DNA from: an uncultured Acidobacteriota bacterium | GTDB lineage: Bacteria; Acidobacteriota; Terriglobia; Acidiferrales; UBA7541 | Assembly: GCA_963772535.1 (NCBI GenBank) | Contig: CAVYXN010000005.1 | Span: 161,408-225,407 of the forward strand | Direction of reading: 5' to 3' | Length of the DNA stretch: 64,000 bases | In this document: piece after piece, positions 8,581-18,242 of the stretch | Position numbering within the stretch: position 1 is the first letter of the stretch | Layout of the letters: each line of letters opens with the position of its first letter | Program-made: the position numbers and the translations under genes | The notes under the pieces: model-generated | Seen by the model: the letters and a program-made list of their open reading frames with translations, nothing else | The model's database searches: none | What the model was told of the DNA's origin: nothing

Positions 8581-10293
8581 ATGCATATTCTGGGGCTTTC
8601 CTCTTTGGAGCATGGTCCGGCCGCCGCGATCATCGGCGAAACCGGGCTGATCGCCGCGATTGAAGAGGGGAAGCTGGCGAGGACGCGCACCGCGGAGGGC
8701 ATACCGCGTCGCGCTATTCAATTTTGCTTGGAGAGCGCCGGAGTCAAGTGGCCGGATGTCGATCGAATCGCCATTGCTTCCCGGCCCGGACGCGCATGGT
8801 CACGCACGGTACTTTTTCGAGCGCGGCTCACGCCGTTCGCGCCCAAATCCAGCGTTTACTTCTTGAATAAAGCTTCCGGCGAACTCGGCCGCGAGCTGAA
8901 CAATTTTCGAATCATACGCGACATGGCGGCGGGCGCTCGGGATCGCGTGCAAGGCTTCGACCACCATTTGAGCCATGCAGCCAGCGCTTATTTCGCGTCG
9001 CCATTCGATCGAGCGCTGATCGTGACTCTCGACGAGCGAGGCGACGGGCGCTGCGGTTTCGCAGGCGCGGGTGAGGGCAAGAACATCCGGGAACTCGCCG
9101 GCATTTCGTTTCCACACTCGCTGGCCTGGTTTTATACGCAGATTACGAGGCTGATCGGATTTCAGCCTCACGGCGACGAGCATAAGACGCAGTGGCTCAG
9201 CACGACCGGCGAGCCGATCGTTGCGGATTTCTTCGCGGCGATGCTTCGACGAGCTCCGCAGTCTCCGCCGCACTTGCAGTTGAAATATTTTCAGCGCGAT
9301 TTTGCGGCGGACCTTTCCTTCAGCGATGAATTCTACAAAGGCCTCGGAATCAAGCGCGAGGCGGAACCGCATATTGAACCCAAGCTCTGCGCAAACATCG
9401 CCGCCAGCCTTCAGTACGCGTGCAGTGAAGTCGTCGTCGAATGGATCGAAACGCTGCGCAAGCAAACCGGGCACCGGAATCTATGCGTGGCCGGCGGGTT
9501 GTTCTTGAATCCGCTTTTAGTGGCCGCTGTAGAGGAGAAAACAGGCTTCGAGAACATATTCGTTCAACCCGCCGCTGGCAACGAAGGCACCGCCCTCGGA
9601 GCCGCATGGCTTGCCTGGCACGAATCGCCGGGCCGTTCGCGTGTGGCGCCCCTCGCGAGCCTGTATCTTGGCCCGCAATTTTCCAACGAACAAATCAAAC
9701 AGGTGCTCGACAACTGCAAAGCTACCTATCGCTGGTGCAATTCCGAGGATCAGAAGGTCGAAGAAGCGTTGAGTTTATTGCAGGCGGGAAGAATCGTGGC
9801 GTGGTTTCAAGGCGCCGCCGAATTCGGACCGCGCGCGCTGGGGAACCGCAGCCTGCTGGCATCGCCCTGGGCGCCTTACGTGGTTGATAATCTGAATGAT
9901 TTTGTGAAGCATCGCGAACCGTATCGTCCTTTCGCACTTTCGATACCGGAAGAGGATTGCCAGGAATATTTTGAGTGCACAACGAACGGCCGGTTTATGA
10001 CGACGATGGCAACGCCGACTCCCAAGATGCGCAAGTTGCTGGAGCCGGTCTCATCGGGGTTTATCGTTCAAGACCGCGTGCGTCTCCACATTGTGGCAAG
10101 GGAAGATAATCCCTTGATTTGGAAGCTCTTAAGACGCTCCGACGAGAAAGGCCCGGCACCCATTCTCGTGAATGCTTCGTTCAATTTGTTTGGCGAACCG
10201 CTCGTGATAGCGCCCAGGGACGCGGTTCGAAGCTACTTTTGCTCCGGCGTGGACGCCCTGATGGCGGGGAATTTTCTGCTCTCAAAGCGATAA
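8581..10293 (+). CDS. carbamoyltransferase family protein (paralogue 2, divergent motifs)
   Basis: ILGLSSLEHGPAAA, FDHHLSHAASAY, GPRALGNRSLLASPW, KHREPYRPFALSI, NASFN. It has AAGNEG where the others have AAGD(A/D)G, and IVQDRVRLHIV where they have THVDG(T/S)AR. Confidence 0.85.
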   Translation: MHILGLSSLEHGPAAAIIGETGLIAAIEEGKLARTRTAEGIPRRAIQFCLESAGVKWPDVDRIAIASRPGRAWSRTVLFRARLTPFAPKSSVYFLNKASGELGRELNNFRIIRDMAAGARDRVQGFDHHLSHAASAYFASPFDRALIVTLDERGDGRCGFAGAGEGKNIRELAGISFPHSLAWFYTQITRLIGFQPHGDEHKTQWLSTTGEPIVADFFAAMLRRAPQSPPHLQLKYFQRDFAADLSFSDEFYKGLGIKREAEPHIEPKLCANIAASLQYACSEVVVEWIETLRKQTGHRNLCVAGGLFLNPLLVAAVEEKTGFENIFVQPAAGNEGTALGAAWLAWHESPGRSRVAPLASLYLGPQFSNEQIKQVLDNCKATYRWCNSEDQKVEEALSLLQAGRIVAWFQGAAEFGPRALGNRSLLASPWAPYVVDNLNDFVKHREPYRPFALSIPEEDCQEYFECTTNGRFMTTMATPTPKMRKLLEPVSSGFIVQDRVRLHIVAREDNPLIWKLLRRSDEKGPAPILVNASFNLFGEPLVIAPRDAVRSYFCSGVDALMAGNFLLSKR

Positions 10294-10459
10294 CTACGCC
10301 GATGACGACTCACGATACCCATACTGGGGTGCAAATCCTTCGTATCGTATGTATTCGCGCACGTCGTTTACGCTGCCATTCGAAAACCAGTCGAAGCTCA
10401 GGTAACATAAGAAGGCCCATTTCATTGAATATCGTGGCAATACTCTTTCGGGGGAACCG

Positions 10460-11815
10460 TTGAAAATCTCTGTTATTGGCGCAGGTTACGTAGGGCTCGT
10501 GACGGGCGGTTGCTTGGCGGAAATTGGCCACGAGGTCCTGTGCACGGACAACGACGCCGAGAAGATCGCGACGCTCGAAGCTGGACGGCTGCCCATCTAC
10601 GAGCCAGGGCTCGATGCGGTGATCGCGAAAGCGCGTAAAGAAAATAGGCTGAGGTTCAGCGCCAATGTGAACGATGCGGTAGCGGCCGGCGATGCAATTT
10701 TTATCTGCGTGGGTACTCCTCCGTTGCCGAATGGCGGTGCGGACCTGAGCGCAATTGACCACGTCGCGCGGCTTATCGCAAGCGAAGCGCGTTCGCCAAA
10801 GCTGGTAGTTGAGAAGAGCACCGTTCCCGCGCAGACGGGTCAGGAATTGAAACGTGCCCTTGCGGTCTACGGCCGAAAGAGCAAAGTGGAATTTCGCGTG
10901 GCCTCGAATCCAGAATTCCTTCGCGAGGGTACGGCCGTCGAGGATTTTCTGCATCCCGACCGAATCGTTGTAGGTGTGGATGACGAGGTTGCAGAGAAGC
11001 AACTCCACGAGATTTATCGCCCGGTTCTGGAGCGTAAATTCAATTGTCCGGTTCACGCTCCTGCTGGTTGCCCGAACGTGCCGCCCCCGGCATGGCTAGT
11101 GACGACCATCAACAGCGCCGAATTGATCAAACACGCCTCGAATTCTTTTCTCGCGTTGAAGATTTCCTACGCCAACATGGTGGCCGACCTGGCGGAGCAC
11201 TTGGGAGCCGACATCCAGCAAGTGACGACCGCGGTGGGGATGGACTCCCGAATCGGCGGCAGTTTCTTAAACGCCGGTCTCGGATTTGGCGGCTTTTGCT
11301 TGCCGAAAGATTTGCAGGCTTTCGTGCACCTTGCCGAAAAGTCAGGCGTTGATTTCTCACTCCTTAAGGAAGTCGAAAAGATCAATCGCAGGCGCATTCA
11401 CCACGTTATCGAGAAAGTCCGGCGGGGGCTCTGGGTAATGAAAGGCAAACCGATCGCCGTGCTGGGACTCGCATTCAAGGCGAATACGGACGACATTCGC
11501 TTCTCGCCGGCCATCGACCTGATACAAGGCTTGGTGGCGGAGGGAGCGAACGTCCGCGCCTTTGACCCGGAAGCTATGGAGAAAGCGCGGGCTGTCGTAC
11601 CCGAAGTGAAAATGTCAGAGTCGCCCTATGAAGCGGCAAAAGACGCTGAGGCCTTGATCATCGCAACAGAATGGAAACAGTTCCGAGAACTGGATTGGCG
11701 GTGCATTCACGATGCGATGATGCACCCGTTGGTCGTGGACGCGCGGAATTTGCTTTCTGGTCCCGAAATGAAAGCGCTTGGTTTCGAGTATTATTCGATC
11801 GGTCGTCCGGATTAA
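10460..11815 (+). CDS. ugd: UDP-glucose 6-dehydrogenase
   Basis: TTG start. MKISVIGAGYVGLVTGGCLAEIGHEV, GRLPIYEPGLD, GFGGFCLPKD (catalytic Cys), LGLAFKANTDDIRFSPA. Confidence 0.92.
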   Translation: MKISVIGAGYVGLVTGGCLAEIGHEVLCTDNDAEKIATLEAGRLPIYEPGLDAVIAKARKENRLRFSANVNDAVAAGDAIFICVGTPPLPNGGADLSAIDHVARLIASEARSPKLVVEKSTVPAQTGQELKRALAVYGRKSKVEFRVASNPEFLREGTAVEDFLHPDRIVVGVDDEVAEKQLHEIYRPVLERKFNCPVHAPAGCPNVPPPAWLVTTINSAELIKHASNSFLALKISYANMVADLAEHLGADIQQVTTAVGMDSRIGGSFLNAGLGFGGFCLPKDLQAFVHLAEKSGVDFSLLKEVEKINRRRIHHVIEKVRRGLWVMKGKPIAVLGLAFKANTDDIRFSPAIDLIQGLVAEGANVRAFDPEAMEKARAVVPEVKMSESPYEAAKDAEALIIATEWKQFRELDWRCIHDAMMHPLVVDARNLLSGPEMKALGFEYYSIGRPD

Positions 11816-11829
11816 AACCAAAGGTCGAC

Positions 11830-12774
11830 TTAACGCGCTGGCTCTGCGACTTTCTTGTGGAAATAGTCGTACGTGCGTTTCAACCCCTCTTCCAGATCCA
11901 CCTTGGGTTCCCACTTTAAGACCCGCCGGGCCTTTGTGATGTCCGGGCAGCGCTGCTTGGGATCATCCTGGGGCAACGGCCGAAATACGATCGGTTCTTT
12001 CGAGCCGACCAGAGCCCGCACTCTTTCCGCAAATTCCAGAATCGTGATTTCGTGTGGGTTGCCGATATTAACGGGATCATGCTCGTCAGATTCGAGCAGG
12101 CGGTAGATTCCATCGAGTAAATCAGAAACGTAACAAAAACTGCGGGTCTGCTTGCCATCGCCGTATACGGTCAGCGGTTCGCCCGTTAGAGCTTGATAGA
12201 GAAAATTCGGGAGCGCCCGGCCGTCGTTGAGGCGCATGCGCGGCCCGTAGGTATTGAAGATGCGCACGATCCGCGTATCCACGCCGTGGTAGCGGTGATA
12301 AGCCATCGTGAGAGCTTCAGCGAACCGTTTCGACTCGTCGTAGACGCCGCGCGGCCCGATCGGATTCACCCGGCCCCAGTAGCTTTCCGGCTGCGGGCTC
12401 ACCTCTGGGTCGCCGTAACATTCCGACGTCGAGGCCAGGAGAAATCTCGCTTTTTTAGCGAGCGCGAGGCCGAGAGCGTTGTGCGTGCCGAGCGCGCCGA
12501 CTTTCATAGTCTGAATCGGCATCTTCAAGTAGTCGGGTGGACTTGCCGGCGAAGCGAAATGCAACACCGCATCGACGGGCCCCGGTACGTCAATGTACCG
12601 GCTCACGTCCTGGCGAGCGAAGCGAAACTTGGGATGAGGCAGAAGGTGCGCCACGTTGGAATCGCTGCCGGTGACAAGATTATCCAGGCAGAGGATCTCC
12701 CAACCCTTATCGAGCATCAAGTCGGAGAGATGTGAGCCTAGAAAGCCTGCACCGCCTGTAATCACAGCACGCAA
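11830..12774 (-). CDS. UDP-glucuronate decarboxylase (UDP-xylose synthase)
   Basis: [42 protein letters not shown] is open to ATG 12822, but TTG 12774 is preceded by AAGGAGAG at good spacing and gives the usual ~314-aa length, so the start is ambiguous. Confidence 0.88.
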   Translation of the reverse strand: MRAVITGGAGFLGSHLSDLMLDKGWEILCLDNLVTGSDSNVAHLLPHPKFRFARQDVSRYIDVPGPVDAVLHFASPASPPDYLKMPIQTMKVGALGTHNALGLALAKKARFLLASTSECYGDPEVSPQPESYWGRVNPIGPRGVYDESKRFAEALTMAYHRYHGVDTRIVRIFNTYGPRMRLNDGRALPNFLYQALTGEPLTVYGDGKQTRSFCYVSDLLDGIYRLLESDEHDPVNIGNPHEITILEFAERVRALVGSKEPIVFRPLPQDDPKQRCPDITKARRVLKWEPKVDLEEGLKRTYDYFHKKVAEPAR

Positions 12775-12884
12775 ATTGTTCTCTCCTTGGCGATTCGCAA
12801 CCAGCTGGCCGTTTCGCCCCAACCCATTATCGCCCGATTTTCTTTACGACGGCCTTCAATTGATTTGCGCTATTGTGGCTTGTG

Positions 12885-13442
12885 CTACTTCGGCGCGGCA
12901 ACCGGCTTTGCGAAAGCGGTCGTGTGGTCCACGACAATTCGCCAGCCGTCGGGAAATTTTCTGAAATTGAGAGTGAATACGCCGGAGGGATTGTCGTTCT
13001 CGCGCTGCAAATGAAATTCGCCGACGGCGTAGGCGGCGGTAGCACACTCCACACGGATTTCGAGGTCGGAGAACGTCAGGTGGCCCATCGCTTTTCGGTC
13101 GGGATAGCTGCGCCGGTAGCGTTCGAGGAGCGCTTGCCAGCCGCGCGATACTCCATCGGAGCTCACGAATTCGGTCTGGTTCGAATTCCAGTAACCGTTC
13201 ATGAAGCCTTCGATATCACCGCGATTCCAGGCGGCGGTTTGATCGTTGAGCAGAGTGCGAATGGCAGCCGCATCATCTGATTGCGGCGGCGCGCCGGCTG
13301 AGCGCGAAGAAAAAGCAGCCAGGGATAAGAGCATAATCAGCGGGAGGAGGGACACCCGATAGGCAAAATACGGTTTCGTGAAAGCAGCGCGAGGTTTATT
13401 TTTATTCACGTCTGACTGCTCCTGAAAAAAAGAAACGAGCAA
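12885..13442 (-). CDS. SnoaL-like / DUF4440-type (NTF2-fold) protein with N-terminal signal or anchor
   Basis: Hydrophobic N-terminus, then IRTLLNDQTAAWNRGDIEGFMNGYW...FRKFPDGWRIVVDHT, typical of NTF2-like DUF4440 proteins. Confidence 0.6.
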   Translation of the reverse strand: MLVSFFQEQSDVNKNKPRAAFTKPYFAYRVSLLPLIMLLSLAAFSSRSAGAPPQSDDAAAIRTLLNDQTAAWNRGDIEGFMNGYWNSNQTEFVSSDGVSRGWQALLERYRRSYPDRKAMGHLTFSDLEIRVECATAAYAVGEFHLQRENDNPSGVFTLNFRKFPDGWRIVVDHTTAFAKPVAAPK

Positions 13443-13569
13443 GCTGTGGTTGTGAATCGCGTGACCGCACTGCCCAAGATGACATCGCCTTCGGTAAAGA
13501 GTATTCTAGAGCTTCGCCGGTAGCAATTAACTTCGGTCTTCTCACGGCGGCAACATCGAGTTCTCTTCC

Positions 13570-16500
13570 ATGAATCCTGCACTGACAGAATCCGCGGCTG
13601 CGGCATTGGCGTCTCTCGATTGGGCCCACCCGCTCGTTCGCGGGTGGTTTCTCCGTAGGCTTGGCACGCCCACCGAGCCGCAGGAGCAGGGGTGGCCGCA
13701 CATTCTCGCTGGGAAGACGACGCTCATTTCCGCGCCGACCGGTTCCGGCAAAACACTAGCTGCGTTTCTCGCTTGTATTGACCGGCTCGTTCGCAAAGCG
13801 CTGGCAGGTGAGCTAACCGACCGCCTCGAAGTTCTTTACGTTTCTCCGCTTAAAGCTCTCGGTAACGACATTCAGAAAAACCTCGAGATTCCGCTTGGCG
13901 AGATTCTGCAGCTCGCCGCCGAACGCGGTTTCCTGATGCCTGAGATTCGCACCGCGGTGCGCACCGGCGATACGCTGATGCATGAACGCCGCAAGATGCT
14001 GGCACGGCCGCCGCACATTCTGGTCACGACGCCCGAATCGCTCTATATTTTGCTCACTGCTGCGAAGAGCCGCGAAATTCTCAAATCTGTCGAAACCGTC
14101 ATCATCGACGAAATTCACGCCGTCGCCGACGACAAGCGCGGTTCGCATCTTGCACTGTCACTCGAACGCCTCGAAGCGCTCGCCGACCATCCACCCGTGC
14201 GCATCGGCCTCTCTGCCACGCAAAAACCGATTGAGCTGATCGCACATTTTCTGACCGGCAGCGGCCGTCCTGATCCTGTGATTGTCCAGATCGGCCACCA
14301 ACGCACGCTCGATCTGGCCGTCGAAGTTCCTGCGAGCGAACTTGGGCCGGTTGCCTCGCATGAAATGTGGGACGAGATTTACAACCGCGTAGCCGAGCTC
14401 GTTCGCCAGCACCGCTCGACGCTCGTGTTCGTCAACACGCGCCGCCTCGCTGAACGAGTGGCTCACCATCTCGAAGAACGCCTTGGCAAAGACGCGGTCG
14501 CGACGCATCACGGAAGCCTTTCACGCAAGCTCCGACTCGCCGCGGAAAACAAGCTGAAGGCGGGAGAGATCCAAGCCCTCGTCGCCACCGCTTCCCTCGA
14601 GCTTGGCATCGATATCGGTGCTGTTGATCTGGTTTGCCAGATCGGTTCCACGCGCTCGATCGCAACAGCCCTGCAGCGCATCGGACGCGCCGGCCATTGG
14701 CACGGCGCGATTCCGAAAGGGCGAATCTTCGCCGCAACGCGAGATGAACTTCTTGAATGCGCCTCTCTGGTTCGCGCGATTCGGCAAGGCGATCTCGACC
14801 GCATCGAAATTCCCGACGCGCCGCAGGACGTTCTCGCGCAGCAAATCGTCGCCATGTGTTCTGCTGAAGATTGGCAGGAAGACGATCTCTTCGCTCGCGT
14901 TCGTCGTGCCTATCCCTATCGCAATCTCGAGTGTGCGCAATTCGACACGATCGTCGAAATGCTTTCGGAAGGAATCGCCGCGCGCCGTGGACGCTATGGC
15001 ACATATCTGCATCGCGATCGCGTGAATGGGCGCGTACGCGGCCGGCGCGGAAGCCGCCTCGCGGCAATTACGAGCGGCGGCGCGATTCCCGACAACGCGC
15101 TCTACACCGTAGTCGCGGAGCCGGAAGGCACCGTCGTGGGCACCATCGATGAAGATTTTGCCGTTGAAAGCCTGCGCGGCGACATCATGCTCCTCGGCAA
15201 CACTTCCTGGCGGATTCGCCGTGTGCAAATGGGCCGGGTGCTAGTTGAAGACGCGCACGGCGCGGCCCCCACCGTTCCTTTCTGGCGTGGCGAGGCCCCG
15301 GCTCGCACTGCCGAACTCTCCGCGCAAGTCGCCGACCTGCGGTCGCAGATTGACGAACGCACGCGCGATGTTCCGCCGGGTGTCCAGGTGAAGAATCTTC
15401 CAACCGCGCAACCCGCTCTCGCGTGGCTAAAAGAAGAGTGCAGCCTCGACGACGCGGGCGCGGAACAGATCGTAGAATACGTGGTCGCCGGCCGCGCAGT
15501 TCTCGGAACGGTTCCAACCCTACAAACGATTATCGCCGAGCGCTTCTTCGATGAGAGCGGCGGCATGCAGCTTGTGATCCACGCTCCCTTTGGCGGCCGC
15601 ATCAATAAAGCCTGGGGTCTCGCGCTGAGAAAACGCTTCTGCCGTTCGTTCAATCTCGAACTGCAAGCTGCGGCTACCGATGATGGCCTCAATATCTCGC
15701 TGGCCGAGCAGCACAGCTTCCCCCTGGCCGACGTATTTCGATTCCTGCATCCGGCATCGCTCGACCACGTGATCGAGCAAGCCGTACTCGCATCTCCGAT
15801 TTTCACCGCGCGCTGGCGCTGGGACGCAAACCGCGCATTGTTACTTCTCCGTTTTCAGGGTGGCAAGAAAGTCGCTCCGCAAATTCAGCGGATGCGCGCC
15901 GATGATCTGCTCGCGGCCGTGTTTCCTGACGCGGCTGCGTGCCCCGAAAATCTCGATGGCGAGGTGCGCATTCCTGACCATTTCCTCGTGCGAGAAGTAA
16001 TGAAGGATGCTCTCACTGAGGCGATGGATATCGACGGCTTGAAGCAAGTCCTCGCGGACATCCTCCATGGAACAATTCGTTGCGTGGCCGTTGATACGCC
16101 GGTGCCGTCACAATTCTCACACGAGATATTGAATGCGAATCCTTTTGCCTACCTCGACGATGCACCCCTCGAAGAGCGGCGCGCTCGCGCCGTCGAAATG
16201 CGCCGCATGCTGCCCGAAGCCGTCCTTTCCGAAGTTGGCAGGCTCGATCCGGCAGCAATAGCAGAGGTACGCGTGGAGGCTAAGCTCGACGCGCGCGATG
16301 CCGACGAACTGCACGATGGTTTGCTTACTTTAATTGCGCTGCCGGAACCACGTGAAGGCGATTCAACAATATGTCACTTCACACCCGAAGAATCTGGCGC
16401 GTGGCGATCGTTCTTCGATCTTCTGGTGGCGCAAGGCCGTGCCACACGCGCCACAACCCAAAGGCACGCGTACTGGGTCGCAGCCGAGCGCGCAAAATCG

Positions 16501-17898
16501 TTCGCTGCGATTTTTCCCGACGCTCAATTCGAGACTCCGGTCGCCGATGTCGAAGAGGCGACTCCCTCAAAAGACGACGCAACCTTCGCTCTCATCACCG
16601 GCTGGATGCAGCATATCGGCCCGGTCACTTCCAACCAACTCGGCAATGCGCTCGGCATTCCGCCTGGCGACATTGATAAATCGCTCTTGCGGCTCGAAGC
16701 CAGCGGCGCTGTGCTCCGTGGGAAGTTCACCGACCCTTCGACGCTTGAAACTGAATGGTGCGATCGCCGTCTGCTCGCGCGAATTCACCGCCTTACCCTG
16801 GGCAAATTACGCAACGAAATTCAGCCCGTCAACGCGGCGCAATTCATGCGCTGGCTGCTGCGCTGGCAACACATCGCCCCGTCCAACCAACTTCTCGGCG
16901 AGCGCGGCACTCTTGAAGCTTTGCGCCAGCTTCAGGGCTACGAAGCTCCGGCCAATGCCTGGGAGCGGCAAATTCTCGCTCGCCGCGTCGCGAACTACGA
17001 TCCGAAAATACTCGACCAGCTTTGCCTCACGGGCGCCGTCGGTTGGGGTCGCCTTTCGCCGCATCCCGCGTTGCTCGACGATTCCCGCGAAGGCACGCGC
17101 CGCGTGATTCCAACCAGCGTCGCTCCAATCACATTCTTCATCCGCGAGCAATCCGAATGGATGATGCCGCGTCGCACGGAAGACGGAGCGGACGCCGCGA
17201 AGGGCTTAAGTCCAGGCGCGTCCGAAGTTCTGCAATTCCTGAAGCAGCGCGGCGCATCGTTCTTTCCCGATATCGTGCGCGGCACAGGAAAACTGAAATC
17301 CGAAGTCGAATCCGCGCTGTGGGAGCTCGTCGCCGCCGGAATTATCACCGCCGACGGATTCGATAATCTTCGCGCCCTGATCGACCCCAAGCGCCGCAGC
17401 GGCCAGGGCCACGGCCGCACCACGCGCCCGCGTCACAGTGCCGGCCGCTGGTCGCTTCTCTATCCAGTCGAATCCGACGACCGCACCGCCGCCCTCGAAG
17501 CCACCTGCAAGATGCTGCTTACTCGTTACGGAGTCGTGTTCCGCGAAGTGCTCACGCGCGAAGCAATTCTTCCACGCTGGCGGGAAGTTTTGCTGGCCCT
17601 CCGCCGCCTTGAGGATCGTGGAGAAATTCGCGGCGGCAGATTCGTGAGCGGCTTCCTCGGCGAACAATTCGCGCTGCCGGTAGCGGTGGAATCGTTGCGG
17701 GCCACCCGCGACCAACAATCATCGGGCGAGACGATTACAATCTCCGCCGCCGACCCGCTCAATCTCGTCGGAATTATCGTTCCCGGCGAGCGCGTGCCCG
17801 CAATTTCCGGACGGTTTGTTGCCTTCCGGGACGGTGTCGCCGTCGAAGCGCCCGGTCACCGCTCAATCGAGATGGACGCAATCGCCCAAGCCGGATAG
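13570..17898 (+). CDS. lhr: ATP-dependent helicase Lhr (large helicase-related, full-length form)
   Basis: 1442 aa. Walker A APTGSGKT, DEIH box, SAT-like LSATQ, HHGSLS, QRIGRAGH, followed by a long Lhr-type C-terminal extension. Confidence 0.92.
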   Translation: MNPALTESAAAALASLDWAHPLVRGWFLRRLGTPTEPQEQGWPHILAGKTTLISAPTGSGKTLAAFLACIDRLVRKALAGELTDRLEVLYVSPLKALGNDIQKNLEIPLGEILQLAAERGFLMPEIRTAVRTGDTLMHERRKMLARPPHILVTTPESLYILLTAAKSREILKSVETVIIDEIHAVADDKRGSHLALSLERLEALADHPPVRIGLSATQKPIELIAHFLTGSGRPDPVIVQIGHQRTLDLAVEVPASELGPVASHEMWDEIYNRVAELVRQHRSTLVFVNTRRLAERVAHHLEERLGKDAVATHHGSLSRKLRLAAENKLKAGEIQALVATASLELGIDIGAVDLVCQIGSTRSIATALQRIGRAGHWHGAIPKGRIFAATRDELLECASLVRAIRQGDLDRIEIPDAPQDVLAQQIVAMCSAEDWQEDDLFARVRRAYPYRNLECAQFDTIVEMLSEGIAARRGRYGTYLHRDRVNGRVRGRRGSRLAAITSGGAIPDNALYTVVAEPEGTVVGTIDEDFAVESLRGDIMLLGNTSWRIRRVQMGRVLVEDAHGAAPTVPFWRGEAPARTAELSAQVADLRSQIDERTRDVPPGVQVKNLPTAQPALAWLKEECSLDDAGAEQIVEYVVAGRAVLGTVPTLQTIIAERFFDESGGMQLVIHAPFGGRINKAWGLALRKRFCRSFNLELQAAATDDGLNISLAEQHSFPLADVFRFLHPASLDHVIEQAVLASPIFTARWRWDANRALLLLRFQGGKKVAPQIQRMRADDLLAAVFPDAAACPENLDGEVRIPDHFLVREVMKDALTEAMDIDGLKQVLADILHGTIRCVAVDTPVPSQFSHEILNANPFAYLDDAPLEERRARAVEMRRMLPEAVLSEVGRLDPAAIAEVRVEAKLDARDADELHDGLLTLIALPEPREGDSTICHFTPEESGAWRSFFDLLVAQGRATRATTQRHAYWVAAERAKSFAAIFPDAQFETPVADVEEATPSKDDATFALITGWMQHIGPVTSNQLGNALGIPPGDIDKSLLRLEASGAVLRGKFTDPSTLETEWCDRRLLARIHRLTLGKLRNEIQPVNAAQFMRWLLRWQHIAPSNQLLGERGTLEALRQLQGYEAPANAWERQILARRVANYDPKILDQLCLTGAVGWGRLSPHPALLDDSREGTRRVIPTSVAPITFFIREQSEWMMPRRTEDGADAAKGLSPGASEVLQFLKQRGASFFPDIVRGTGKLKSEVESALWELVAAGIITADGFDNLRALIDPKRRSGQGHGRTTRPRHSAGRWSLLYPVESDDRTAALEATCKMLLTRYGVVFREVLTREAILPRWREVLLALRRLEDRGEIRGGRFVSGFLGEQFALPVAVESLRATRDQQSSGETITISAADPLNLVGIIVPGERVPAISGRFVAFRDGVAVEAPGHRSIEMDAIAQAG

Positions 17899-17969
17899 CA
17901 CCATCTGGCCTTTGAAACATCTGCAAGAAAAATCAACCTCAGATAGCACTGCCGTCATAGAATGCACGC

Positions 17970-18224
17970 ATGGCCAGAGGATGGGAAAGCAAGTCCGTCG
18001 AGGAACAAGTCCAGGAACATCAGCAAAAAAAGGAGGAGAACACGAAGAAGCAACTGACCGCTGAACAGTTGGAATCGCGCCGCAAAAGGGAAGTACTGTT
18101 GCTCTCCCGCTCGCGAGTCCAAAAAGATCTGCAGGCAAGCCAGAATCCCCGCCATCGAGATCAACTTAATAGTGCGCTAGCTGATCTGGATTCGCAGATT
18201 GCCGCTTTAACGGAAAAATCCTGA
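17970..18224 (+). CDS. small charged coiled-coil protein, unknown function
   Basis: 84-aa ORF 71 nt downstream of lhr on the same strand. Lys/Glu/Gln-rich helical sequence, no recognisable motif. Confidence 0.45.
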   Translation: MARGWESKSVEEQVQEHQQKKEENTKKQLTAEQLESRRKREVLLLSRSRVQKDLQASQNPRHRDQLNSALADLDSQIAALTEKS

Positions 18225-18242
18225 ACGGTATTCGCGGGGACT

